The notes beneath the pieces are model-generated. The model ran no database searches. It had not been told where the DNA came from and saw only the letters and a list, made by a program, of their open reading frames with translations. This document shows positions 9,501-18,289 of a stretch of 64,000 nt of DNA, piece by piece. Position 1 is the stretch's first letter, and every line of letters starts with the position of its first letter. The position numbers were made by a program, and so were the translations under genes. Source of the stretch: Clostridia bacterium (GTDB lineage: Bacteria > Bacillota > Clostridia > Oscillospirales > CAG-272); assembly GCA_017625755.1 (NCBI GenBank), contig JAGAKG010000036.1, forward strand, positions 559 to 64,558. Reading direction: 5' to 3'.

Positions 9501-10106
9501 TTCCGCGCGGTAACGCTCGGCGCACTCGCGCAGGAACTCAACTCCCTCGGGGTATGATGCGATGTGAGTATAGAGATTTATAAATACATCGGGAAGCTTG
9601 TGTGAGCTTCGCAGAGTTGAGAACGCTTCGGCGAGAAGCGGGAAGCGTTTCGGCTCTCGGGTATAAAAATCCTCGACAACCTCTGTCATAAGCTCCTTCT
9701 GAAGCAGCTCTGTCTCTGTCGTATCGGCTATTCTGAAGGACGGCGGGAGTCCGAGCGTTGAGAAATTTTCTCTTATGAGGTCAAGATAGAATGAGTCTAT
9801 CGTGCATATCTTTGCGTTGCCTATCTTCACGAGCTGAGAGGAAAGGTGACGGTTCGATGGGGTCTCGGAGAGTGCGTCGGATACCGCCTTGAAGATTCGC
9901 TGTCTCAGCTCTGCCGCGGCGGCTCTGGTGAAGGTGACTATCAGCATATTCGAGATATCGGCGGGGGCGCTTTTGTCTGTCAGAGATGTGATTATTCTCT
10001 CTGTCAGCGTGGCTGTCTTTCCCGAGCCTGCGGCGGCAGAGACTAAAAGGTCCTTGCCGTGAGTATCTATTGCCGCCCTTTGGGCGTCTGTCCATTTTCT
10101 TGACAT
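6537..10106 (-). CDS. addA: ATP-dependent helicase/nuclease subunit A
   Basis: The 1189-aa protein has a UvrD-like helicase N-terminus (AAAGSGKT, DEYQD) and a C-terminal PD-(D/E)xK nuclease (IDLILIDGDGELRIYDYKT). Confidence 0.93.
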   Translation of the reverse strand: MSRKWTDAQRAAIDTHGKDLLVSAAAGSGKTATLTERIITSLTDKSAPADISNMLIVTFTRAAAAELRQRIFKAVSDALSETPSNRHLSSQLVKIGNAKICTIDSFYLDLIRENFSTLGLPPSFRIADTTETELLQKELMTEVVEDFYTREPKRFPLLAEAFSTLRSSHKLPDVFINLYTHIASYPEGVEFLRECAERYRAEAELDFSQSSFGKILIGETRESVEYFISVLSDAVALIDSDEEARKAYLPSFSYDLTFCRDLLDILDDGGYAQIRAHLLTYSPIKLKSLKAELTTDEVIAYKEKRKDITAAIRDLGKKSFSLTAENIAAAMLDTADHTALLYDILSDFDQRLSEEKLTRGICDFNDIRKYALKLLVAPDGSRTKIAQQLSERFTDIYIDEYQDVDRVQDMIFRAISNGANRFMVGDIKQSIYGFRGAEPHVFAGYKSSFPTHGSKEARDSANEAIHMSNNFRCDESIINFTNKVCSHLFGICAENIGYSHEDDLVFSKEPPSEDYVAPRVRLSVLTAPDGYVGKAESNRDAEANYIVGLIRELLGSKKANGRNYELKDIAVLYRSGSMKKHLIRAFDANGIEYSGGENEEYFEDPDVLLILALLSVIDNPHKDIPLAGTLRSPLFSLTLDELIKIRELKDPSYSLYDCVRVCAEQGSGELSAKCSDFLVALEEWRDMAGSFPVDKLIKSIYASSRFAAVGISDSNNLRVLYEYARKFESSSFRGLYNFIEYINKMIDEGVKIDAPAGEESSKKVALMTIHHSKGLEYPACILCGVAGEFNRSDFRDSMLFEYSAGVAMKLPDTTGFARINTPMREAIASRIMRAQTEEEMRVLYVALTRARERLYVTASSSKTKERLLDAAAEKRAYASRYVTMRSKSYLEWILTALSGEDISDICNIEFPDITRYLDVPTEENISADTSEEIAEVKPDETLLDHLRATLAYEYPYRELSRIPSKISVSRLSPDVLDENDTALNLFEEHSATAIPTVFSGVGDKKASPTQRGTATHLFLQFCDFERAEKTGAAEELARLIEKGFLPATAADEVFTEELERFFESELYAKIKSARRVIREQRFNIYLPTAMFSKDTAFIEAARDELLAVQGVIDLILIDGDGELRIYDYKTDRLSRDELESANALAKKMRALHSEQLSYYKLAAERLFDRACASVEVYSTQAAALVDIAL

Positions 10107-10124
10107 AGCTTATCCTTTCCTGAG

Positions 10125-13100
10125 TTATTCTCCGTCGCCTTCGTCGGCGGAGGGGAATTCTTTTCTTTCTATTCTGCGGCAGACGGGCTTCATAGCGCAC
10201 CAGTCGCAGGGGGATTCGCCCTTGTGGGTAAGCGGAATCGCGTTTGCCTGTCCGCTCTTCATCTTCTCTGCTATTGAGATTATGGTTCTCTCGACCTCGT
10301 CGCGGAGGAGCTCGAAGGCGTCTGCACTCATAAGAGCCTTACCCGAAAGCGCGCCCTTTTTGTCCTTCTTTATTCCCGCGAGGAATTTCGGGGAAAGCTC
10401 GTCGTTCATTGATTCGAGTATCTCCTCGTCGTCGAGCAGAAGTCCGCTTCTGTCGAATGCGTTCTGTGCCATATCGCAAACGCTCTGCGCGTCGGTGTAA
10501 TCTCCAAGCTCAATGGTGGAGATATTTGAGGAGAGATAGACCACACCTGCTGGAATTGCGGTGCTTTCCGAGCCATCGCTCCTCTTTGCGCAAAGGGCAA
10601 AGAGGTATATCAGCATCTGGGTGTTAAGTCCGAGACTGAGGTCGTCGAGCGAGAAGTTTTTCGTTCCCGTCTTGTAATCGACTATTCTGACATATACCTT
10701 TCCGTCCTTCCTCAGAAGGTCTACACGGTCAATGACTCCGTTCATAGATATTTTGTCGCCGTTTGAGAGAACGAACTCGGGCATCTTTGCCCCTGAGCCT
10801 CGCTCTCCTATTTTGTATTCAAAGAAGCTCGGCGTAAACTTTGAGTGCGAGAACTCCTCGATGATATTCTTAACGAGCAGAAGCGAGAGATTTTTCAGCC
10901 GCCTGTAAAGGTGAGTGAGCCTGCCCGAGCGCCTTTCGCTTTCGGGACAGATGAGCTCTATATAGCGGTTTACCGAGACTTCGATAAGCTCCTCGAGCTT
11001 TTCGTCGTCAAGCTCGTCTATGCAACCGTCCTGTCCGAGAGTGGTTTTTATCAGCTCCTCAAGCACGAAATGCACGAATGTACCCATATCCGAGGACTTG
11101 AATGTCGCCTTTTTATCCTCTCTGAGCGAGAGAACATAGGAGCAGTAGTAATTGAAATTGCACTTTACATATTTTTCAAGCCTGGACTGGCTAAGACTCA
11201 TATTTTTCGGGAACACCGCACTCGCAATCTCTGCCGATACGCCGCACTCGTCGGTATCGAGCTTAGGCTTTTCGGGGGAGCGCAGGAAGGAATATTCATC
11301 CGAGGCTTCAAGAAGCGCCTGCCGTACCGATGCGGCGAAAGGCTGATGCTCCTGCGAATAAGCATACGCGGCGGCGGTCTTGGGTGAGACCGCGAGATAT
11401 GTGAGGTCGCTCTCTCTGAAGCTGTGAGTGACGGCGTTCTCAATAAGCTTTTCGGCTCTTGTGAAGGGAAGAGAGGGAGTTTTCTCCTTTCCGTCGGTGC
11501 CGCAGAGCGAGGCAAAGAGAACGAGGCGCTCGGAGGGTAGAGAGAAGGCTTTCTTTACGAACATAAGCTCGTCAGAGGCTTTAGTGTCTGCGTTCGAGAA
11601 AAGCTCCAGACCAAGCTCGGCAAGCTTTTTTCGCTCGGGGGAGTTGAGCAGGTCGGCATCGCTGACCGTCTGCGGGAATTCGCCCTCGTTAAGACCAAGC
11701 ACGAGCGCGCAACGGGGATTGTTTGCTCTGAGCATAGCCGCAGAGCCGATAGTTACCTCGTCCACCGAGGTGGGAATACTGCCTATTTCGGTCATATCAA
11801 AGATAAGCTTGAGTATACCCGAAAGCTCCTCGGTGCTTATATCTGCATCGGGGATAGTTTCGGCGATAAGAGCGAGAGCTTTCAGGATAACGCCGTAAAG
11901 CGCGGCGCTCTCCTGAGCCTCCTTCATGTTTCCTCTTTCCGCATATTTCAAGCCGATAGAGCGAAGCGAGGCTTCCATACCGCACAGAACGGTATATTCG
12001 TATATCGCGCGGCTCATATCCGCCGCGTTTTTCGCCGCGTCGAGCGCGTCGAAGAAGGGAATCAGCTTTTCGCAGAGAACAGATTTCACACTGTTTGCGG
12101 CGGCAAGGATATTCTCGCCTCGCTCGCTTATCGCGTCGGTGTAGCCGTCGGGATTCATATCCCATTCGTCGCCGCGGAAGCTCTTTCCGCTGATATTCCA
12201 GGTGTTTACATATATCTCAAAGAGGTCAACGGAATCCTTTGAGATATCGTAAAGTCCCGTCTTGATGTGCGAGATAACATCGTCCCGTTTCCAGCCGTGA
12301 TTCTTTATTCTCAGCGCGCTGAGAATAAATTTTACAGCCGATTTGGAGCAGAGGTCGCTCTTTTCCGAGAAGAAGAAGGGAATACCGTTGCGCTCAAAGG
12401 CTGGCTCGATTATACCGCGGTACTTTTCGGGATTCCGCACTATCACGCATATATCACGACAGCGCACACCGCTCTGCATAAGCGAGAGCGCCCATCTTGC
12501 GGCGGCTTCCGCCTCGGCGTACGGAGTAGCGCAAAGCTCGAGATATACCGCGCCGTCGGTTTTTTCATCAGATTTGAGCGGGGTGTTATTGTCAAGCGAC
12601 CAGAGATTTTCCGCAAGGTAGACAAGCTCTGCCGAGCGCGCCCTCATATTTTTGGTGAGTGTCTCTGTAACATATCCGCCGCGCTTGTTTGCGTTTTCGA
12701 TAAGCTTTCGCTCACTCGCCGATATGCTTGCGGTGTATATCGACTCATATCCCTCGCAAGGGAGAGAGAGAGTCACGGTGGTGTTTTCTGCCGTGGCGAA
12801 AATCCGCTCGATTACTCTATGCTCGGCGGCGGTGAATGAGGTGAAAGAATCTATGTATACATTACAGCCCGCGAAAAAGTTATGCTCTCCGAGCATATCC
12901 GCAAGCTTCGAGATATCGTCCGAGGAATCGCTGAAGCGCTCGGAAACGGCGGCGGTGTAAGCCGAATAAATGAGCGATATATCGCGGAGCTTTCCGTAAA
13001 GCTCGCTGTCTTTCTCAAGACTCTCGGCGGCACGCTCAAGCTGAGCGGAGTTGATACCGTTAGCCTTGAATTCGCCTATCGCACCGAGCATTATCTCTCC

Positions 13101-13451
13101 GAGAGAGCCGTCTGCCGCCGCGCTCGAATAATGCTCGAGCAGAGCGCAGTCCGAAAGCTCGCGGAGCGTTTGCCTCATAAGGAGATACTTTGCGGGCTTT
13201 GTTATATAGTTGTATTCAAGTCCGCCGTATTCGCGGCAGACACGGTTATAAAGGCGAGAGAAGTTAAGTATCTCGATTCCAAGCTGAGCCGAGGCGGGAA
13301 GCTCGTCGAGGACTATTCGTTCACTCATAACCGCATACTGCTCGGGGACGAGCAAAAAGGAGCGAACTCCCTCCTCAGCGTCTTTTTTCAGCAATTCGGT
13401 TATACTGTGCGTTTTTCCGTATCCCGACTCTCCGTAAATAAATCGAATCAT
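10125..13451 (-). CDS. addB: ATP-dependent helicase/nuclease subunit B
   Basis: MIRFIYGESGYGKTHSI... The C-terminal nuclease domain (VDYKTG) carries an Fe-S cysteine cluster (CDWCAMKPVC). The start is set at ATG 13451 (AAGGAG SD). The track extends to 13541. Confidence 0.9.
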   Translation of the reverse strand: MIRFIYGESGYGKTHSITELLKKDAEEGVRSFLLVPEQYAVMSERIVLDELPASAQLGIEILNFSRLYNRVCREYGGLEYNYITKPAKYLLMRQTLRELSDCALLEHYSSAAADGSLGEIMLGAIGEFKANGINSAQLERAAESLEKDSELYGKLRDISLIYSAYTAAVSERFSDSSDDISKLADMLGEHNFFAGCNVYIDSFTSFTAAEHRVIERIFATAENTTVTLSLPCEGYESIYTASISASERKLIENANKRGGYVTETLTKNMRARSAELVYLAENLWSLDNNTPLKSDEKTDGAVYLELCATPYAEAEAAARWALSLMQSGVRCRDICVIVRNPEKYRGIIEPAFERNGIPFFFSEKSDLCSKSAVKFILSALRIKNHGWKRDDVISHIKTGLYDISKDSVDLFEIYVNTWNISGKSFRGDEWDMNPDGYTDAISERGENILAAANSVKSVLCEKLIPFFDALDAAKNAADMSRAIYEYTVLCGMEASLRSIGLKYAERGNMKEAQESAALYGVILKALALIAETIPDADISTEELSGILKLIFDMTEIGSIPTSVDEVTIGSAAMLRANNPRCALVLGLNEGEFPQTVSDADLLNSPERKKLAELGLELFSNADTKASDELMFVKKAFSLPSERLVLFASLCGTDGKEKTPSLPFTRAEKLIENAVTHSFRESDLTYLAVSPKTAAAYAYSQEHQPFAASVRQALLEASDEYSFLRSPEKPKLDTDECGVSAEIASAVFPKNMSLSQSRLEKYVKCNFNYYCSYVLSLREDKKATFKSSDMGTFVHFVLEELIKTTLGQDGCIDELDDEKLEELIEVSVNRYIELICPESERRSGRLTHLYRRLKNLSLLLVKNIIEEFSHSKFTPSFFEYKIGERGSGAKMPEFVLSNGDKISMNGVIDRVDLLRKDGKVYVRIVDYKTGTKNFSLDDLSLGLNTQMLIYLFALCAKRSDGSESTAIPAGVVYLSSNISTIELGDYTDAQSVCDMAQNAFDRSGLLLDDEEILESMNDELSPKFLAGIKKDKKGALSGKALMSADAFELLRDEVERTIISIAEKMKSGQANAIPLTHKGESPCDWCAMKPVCRRIERKEFPSADEGDGE

Positions 13452-13671
13452 TTCAAACTCCTTATGGCTTTTCTTACTTTTATTATAACAAATTATATCA
13501 CCCAAGACAAGACCTTTTTGTCCCATAACCCTCAAATCCACCCCTCTTTTTAAGAAAAAATCATATTTTCGGCAACTTTTTTCAAATCTTCAAAAAAACT
13601 TCACATATATGGTTTATAATATTTATATCAGACAGGCGGTTTTGTGATAAAACAGTCGGGAGGAGAGAAAA

Positions 13672-13866
13672 ATGATACTCGGAATTATAAAAACTTCGAT
13701 AAAGGCGGGAAGAAAAATCTCGAAGGCGATGAAATACAAAAAGAAGCAGATGAAGCGCAAGGGCAAAATAATGCGTGGAAAGAAGAAAATACTGCTTCAG
13801 AAAAAGAGGATAATGCGCTCAAAGCTCAAGGACCTCAGACGGTTCGGGCGCGCGATTATAGGATAA
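13672..13866 (+). CDS. Hypothetical 64-aa extremely basic (K/R-rich) protein
   Basis: GGGAGGAG SD lies 7 nt upstream. The sequence is MILGIIKTSIKAGRKISKAMKYKKKQMKRKGKIMRGKKKILLQKKRIMRSKLKDLRRFGRAIIG. Codons (ata, aag, aga) match the local bias. I recognise no family. Confidence 0.35.
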   Translation: MILGIIKTSIKAGRKISKAMKYKKKQMKRKGKIMRGKKKILLQKKRIMRSKLKDLRRFGRAIIG

Positions 13867-13890
13867 GTCAGGTTACATTTGCTTTTGTAC

Positions 13891-13918
13891 TTGAAATGCG
13901 TGAAAAAAGGTGTATAAT
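13891..13918 (+). promoter_or_regulatory. Sigma-A type promoter (TTGAAA-16-TATAAT) upstream of rlmA
   Basis: TTGAAA lies at 13891-13896 and TATAAT at 13913-13918. Confidence 0.45.
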
Positions 13919-13979
13919 GATATAGTACCGAATTTTGCGTGGCATTTAGAAAACAGCGTAACAGAATGGAATTTGAAGA

Positions 13980-14828
13980 ATGAACAGAAGGATAGACGAA
14001 AGAATACTTGACTCTCTGAGCTGTCCGTGCTGCTCGGAGCAAATGAGGCTTAGCGAGGACGAAAGAAGCCTTGTCTGCCGAGCGCCGAGGCGGCATTGCT
14101 TTGACTTTGCCTCGGCGGGGTATGTCAATCTTGCGCTAACGCATAGCGGCGGGGGAGATTCGAAGGACGCGGTACGCTCACGCACCGAATTTTTAGAATC
14201 GGGGGCGTATGAGAGAGTTTCGGATGCGGTCAATTCGGTTCTGTCGGACTATATTTCAGAGGGCGGACTCGTGATAGACGCAGGCTGCGGAGAGGGATAT
14301 TATTCCTGCCGCGCGGCGCGTGCGGGATTTCGGGTTGCGGGCTTTGACCTCTCTAAGGACGCGGTCGCTCAGGCGGCAAAGCGCGCCAAAAGAGAGGGGC
14401 TTGCAAATGCTTTCTTTGGAGTCGGAAGCGTCTTTTCGCTTCCTGTGGCAGACTCGTCCTCGGACGCGGTGGTGAACATATTCGCTCCCTGCGCTGAAGC
14501 CGAGTATTGCCGAGTGCTGAAGAATGGCGGAATTCTCGCGGTGGCGTATGCGGGTAGAGAGCATCTTATGGGGCTGAAGCGTAAGATATACGACAGCGTT
14601 TATACAAACGAGTCCCGCTCGGATATGCCCGAGGGAATGGAGCTTTTAGATGAGAGACGGGTGCTTTACGATATAGAGCTGTCCTCAGAGGCGCAGATAA
14701 AAAATCTTTTCGCAATGACACCCTATTATTGGAGAACCTCGGCAGAGGATAAAAACAAGCTTGAGGGCTTGAATTCACTTCGTACCGAGGTGGATATAAT
14801 AATCGCAGTATACAGAAAGAACGGTTGA
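13980..14828 (+). CDS. rlmA: 23S rRNA (guanine-N1)-methyltransferase, RlmA family
   Basis: It has an N-terminal Zn-ribbon (CPCC...C), FDFASAGYVNL, and the SAM motif VIDAGCGEGYY. Confidence 0.85.
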   Translation: MNRRIDERILDSLSCPCCSEQMRLSEDERSLVCRAPRRHCFDFASAGYVNLALTHSGGGDSKDAVRSRTEFLESGAYERVSDAVNSVLSDYISEGGLVIDAGCGEGYYSCRAARAGFRVAGFDLSKDAVAQAAKRAKREGLANAFFGVGSVFSLPVADSSSDAVVNIFAPCAEAEYCRVLKNGGILAVAYAGREHLMGLKRKIYDSVYTNESRSDMPEGMELLDERRVLYDIELSSEAQIKNLFAMTPYYWRTSAEDKNKLEGLNSLRTEVDIIIAVYRKNG

Positions 14829-14832
14829 GAGA

Positions 14833-15555
14833 ATGAGGATATCACTTATAATTCCGATGTATAATGAAAGCAGAGTCATCGGAGATACGGCAAAAACACT
14901 TCATGAATATATGAGTAAGCGCCTCGAGGACTATCAGGTGATATTCTTTGACGACGGCTCAAAGGACGGAAGCGCACAGATAGTTGAGAGTCTGGGGCTT
15001 CCGAATATGAAGGTCAGCGGATATGGCGGCAACAGAGGAAAGGGAGCGGCTGTCAGATGTGCGATGCTCGAGGCTGACGGAGATATTATAATGTTCACCG
15101 ACGCCGACCTCGCTTACGGTACGGAGGTCATAGGCAGGGTTTACGATATATTCGAGTCGGCGCCCGAGACGCAGATAGTCACAGGCTCTAGAAATCTAAG
15201 CCGAGACGGATACGAGGGATATACATTTACGCGTAAGCTTATGTCAAAGGCTTACATAAAGGTGCTTTGCTTCGTCGGCGGATTCAAACTCACCGATTCG
15301 CAATGCGGCTGTAAGGCGTTTTGCAATAAGGCGGCAAAGGATATATTCAGCCGTCTTGAGGTTGACGGATTTGCGTTTGATTTCGAGGCGATACTTTGGG
15401 CGGGCGAGCTTGGGTATAAGATAAGTGAGATGCCCGTAAAGGTTATCAATCACAGAGAATCGAAGATAAGTGTGCTGAAGGACACCTTCCGTATGCTCTC
15501 CGACCTTCGCAGAATAAAAAAGAGAGTGCGGGAAAAGGCGAGAGAAAGTAAATAA
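14833..15555 (+). CDS. Family 2 glycosyltransferase (polyprenol-phosphate glycosyltransferase-like)
   Basis: ISLIIPMYNES, FFDDGSKDGS and FTDADL are GT-A/GT2 signatures. Confidence 0.8.
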   Translation: MRISLIIPMYNESRVIGDTAKTLHEYMSKRLEDYQVIFFDDGSKDGSAQIVESLGLPNMKVSGYGGNRGKGAAVRCAMLEADGDIIMFTDADLAYGTEVIGRVYDIFESAPETQIVTGSRNLSRDGYEGYTFTRKLMSKAYIKVLCFVGGFKLTDSQCGCKAFCNKAAKDIFSRLEVDGFAFDFEAILWAGELGYKISEMPVKVINHRESKISVLKDTFRMLSDLRRIKKRVREKARESK

Positions 15556-15626
15556 AACGCAGATAAATAAAAAGTGGCTAAAAAATACACATAAAAATTG
15601 AAATTCGTAAGAATTTCTACCTAAAA

Positions 15627-15680
15627 ACCGCTCCCACCGTCGAATTTCTAACGGTGAGAGCGGTATCTTTACTTTTTATT
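15627..15680. terminator. Bidirectional terminator between the GT2 gene and the convergent 15733-16707 gene
   Basis: ACCGCTCCCACCGT-cgaatttcta-ACGGTGAGAGCGGT (13/14 bp) has an upstream A-run and a downstream T-rich tract. Confidence 0.7.
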
Positions 15681-15732
15681 TATTCGTGTATTTTTGTTAT
15701 GCGCTAAATGCGACAGCCCATTTTCGTTCGCT

Positions 15733-16707
15733 TTATACGATTATCAATAGCAGAGCCGTGATAGCTGCGAACAGAATCCAAGCACCCGCGATTGCGGCGA
15801 TAACATACCAATGCTTCGGCTGTCCAAGCTTCTTTGCGCGAGGAATCATGAGTCCCAGCACGAGGAAGGGAATGGGGAGAACGAAGCCTAAGAGAATGAA
15901 GGCTATCCAGAAGATTACGAGAGTTACCGTCTCTGAGCTTTCGGATATGTCGTCCTCATATATATAGGTCGTGTCTATATAGTCGGTCTCAGCCGCCGCG
16001 CCGAGTATAGCGGTCGCAAGGGTGTCGTCAAGCTTCGCGAGGGTGACTGTTCCTCTCCTGTATGAAAAGCTTCCGTACGCGTCAAAATGTTGATTTCCGA
16101 GCAGAGTGTAGTTTATATAATAGAGACTTCCGTCAAGGAACTCATAAACCGCGCCGTGTGTAAACGCAAGGGTTTCGGTCTGGTCGTGAACGGTGATGTC
16201 GTACCTTGTGAGGGGTAGCAGCTCGCGCACCTCTACGGTAAGTGTCTGAGTCTTGGCGGCGGTATTCAGCGAGTCGAGCCTCTCTACGGTGCTTTGCTTT
16301 ATATTCGTCTGCCGTCCGTTTTCGTCAAAGAGACGGTAACTGACATTTTCCTCGCGCAAAAATGCGTCAAGATATATCTTTCCCGCGTCTGTGGCGTATA
16401 TGGTTTGGTCGCTGAGCCATACGAACTCGGAGTCAGCCGAGGGGGCTTGTATCGCATAGCTCGCTTCAACCGAATTTTTATATCGGTATATCTCTTTAGC
16501 ATTGACCGAAACGCCAAGTACATTATAGCGGTTATAGGTTTTTGTTTCGTTTGAAAGCACAGCCTCGTTCTCGCTGAGCGTCCAGTCGACATATTCGGTG
16601 TCCTTGCTTTCACCGTCCTCCGCAAAGGTGGCGAGTATTATCGGCGGACACAGAAGGGCGACGCAAAGCAAAACAGAAAATAATTTTTTCATAACATCAG
16701 TTTTCAT
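15733..16707 (-). CDS. Exported protein with a C-terminal double-TM anchor, unknown function (last gene of the GntR/ABC operon)
   Basis: It has a signal-like N-terminus (MKTDVMKKLFSVLLCVALLCPPIILATFA) and two C-terminal hydrophobic helices. AAGGAGG SD is present. Confidence 0.65.
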   Translation of the reverse strand: MKTDVMKKLFSVLLCVALLCPPIILATFAEDGESKDTEYVDWTLSENEAVLSNETKTYNRYNVLGVSVNAKEIYRYKNSVEASYAIQAPSADSEFVWLSDQTIYATDAGKIYLDAFLREENVSYRLFDENGRQTNIKQSTVERLDSLNTAAKTQTLTVEVRELLPLTRYDITVHDQTETLAFTHGAVYEFLDGSLYYINYTLLGNQHFDAYGSFSYRRGTVTLAKLDDTLATAILGAAAETDYIDTTYIYEDDISESSETVTLVIFWIAFILLGFVLPIPFLVLGLMIPRAKKLGQPKHWYVIAAIAGAWILFAAITALLLIIV

Positions 16708-16719
16708 ATACGCCCCTCC

Positions 16720-17588
16720 TTAAGAAAGATTGAGCTTGCGCTCGAGCAAATAAAGGTTAACGAAGTACATAAGAGCCGCAAAGAGCGCCATTGCCGCGCA
16801 GCCTATCAGCATAAAGGCAGCAGCAACGCATTGACCTTCAAAGGCTGAAGCGTTTTCAAGCATAAGCATCAGTCCGCCCGACAGTGCCGCCGCTCCTATG
16901 AAGGCACCGAACTGCGCCACGGTGGAGATGATAGTGTTTGCGAGATAGTATATTCCTATCGCGGCAAAGAGCTTGTTTTTCTTGGCGATTATCGCTCCCA
17001 CGATGATGCAGAAATATACTATGCTCATTGATAGTATGTAGTAGCAGACGAGCATTACCAGACCCTCAAGGGCGTATACTATCAGCCACGCGCCGATTTC
17101 CTGCCATATCATATAGAGCGTCTCGAAAAGCTCTCTGAAGATTATCGGGTTTATCAGAATCATTCCCATTTCGAGAGGGGGTGATATCAGTAAATAGATA
17201 CCTATCGCCGTTGCTATGAGCAATACCTCTGCCGTCGTCCATATAAGCGCGTTGAGCGTTTTTGAAAGCAGAAGCTTCTTGCGGCTTACGGGAAGGGTAA
17301 AGGTGAGATATCCCTCGTCGGTGAAAAAGTGTTTGTAAAATCTCACATATATGAGGATAGAATTTGCGATTATCGAGCCAACGATACCGAAAAGGCTTAC
17401 TCCGAAGAAAATTCCTGCAAAATATATATGAATCCGAGGGTACCCTCAAATGTTTCGCTCTCTATCCCGCTCAGGAGAATACGCAGGGAAATTGAACCGA
17501 GCAGAGACAGACCGAGCGCGGTGACTGCCTGTATCCACCAGATACGCCATATCGACATTGAATCGTATTTCAATAATTTCTTCAGCAT
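16720..17588 (-). pseudogene. ABC-2 type permease, reading frame interrupted by a frameshift
   Basis: The N-terminal 63 codons (17588-17400) stop at 17399-17397. The remaining ~235 codons continue in another frame that is open from 17445. The frames overlap at an (AT)4-TTT tract (17419-17429). Confidence 0.7.
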
Positions 17589-18289
17589 CTGAACACCTCC
17601 CTGAAAAGCTCGTTAAGCGATTTTCCGTACTGAGTGCGCACATCGTCTGCAACGCCCGACATAAGTATCTTTCCGCCAAAGCCCATAAAGATAAATTCGT
17701 CAAGAACGGGCTCGATATCGGATATAAGGTGAGTCGTTATAACGACTGTCGACTCGGGATTATAGTTTCCGATAATCGTCTGAAGGATATAGTCACGCGC
17801 GGCGGGGTCAACTCCCGCGATAGGCTCGTCGAGCAGATAGAGCTTTGCGCGGCGCGCCATTACCATAATGAGTTGAACCTTTTCCTTTGTTCCTTTTGAG
17901 AGCGTTTTGAGCTTTGCGGAGCTGTCTATTCCAAGCTCATAGAGCATATTTCTCGCCAGAGCCTCATTGAAATCCGAATAGAATTCCGTGAAATATTTGA
18001 TAAGCTCGTCTACCTTCATCCACGCGTTGAAATATGACCTTTCGGGCAGATATGATATATTTGCGTTGCTTGCTTCGCTCCGCGCCTCTCCCGCAATATA
18101 TATCTCTCCGCTGTCGGGTACGAGAATACCGCAGACCAGCTTCATAAGCGTCGACTTTCCGCAACCGTTCGGGCCGAGAAGTCCGATGATCTTTCCCTCG
18201 GGCAGAGCACAGTTGAAATCTTTCAAAATGGGTGTGCCCTTCTTGTAGCTCTTGCAAAGATTATTGCAAGTTAACACAGGCGTGTTCAT
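17582..18289 (-). CDS. ABC transporter ATP-binding protein
   Basis: It has Walker A GPNGCGKST, the signature LSKGTKEKV and Walker B LYLLDEP. ATG 18289 overlaps the GntR stop (ATGA). Confidence 0.9.
   Translation of the reverse strand: MNTPVLTCNNLCKSYKKGTPILKDFNCALPEGKIIGLLGPNGCGKSTLMKLVCGILVPDSGEIYIAGEARSEASNANISYLPERSYFNAWMKVDELIKYFTEFYSDFNEALARNMLYELGIDSSAKLKTLSKGTKEKVQLIMVMARRAKLYLLDEPIAGVDPAARDYILQTIIGNYNPESTVVITTHLISDIEPVLDEFIFMGFGGKILMSGVADDVRTQYGKSLNELFREVFRC

Noticed and set aside
13644-13925. A 93-aa ORF lies in the alternative frame over the basic micro-ORF.
   Set aside because: It has a GTG start without an SD, and it runs through the rlmA promoter. The 64-aa frame has the better RBS. 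Both remain low confidence.
15556-15700. Apparent inverted-repeat blocks (GATAAATAAAAAGT / ACTTTTTATTTAT and AAAAATACAC / GTGTATTTTT) flank the terminator.
   Set aside because: The blocks are in non-mirror order, so they do not form one hairpin or terminal inverted repeat. The AT-rich low-complexity sequence makes chance matches likely.
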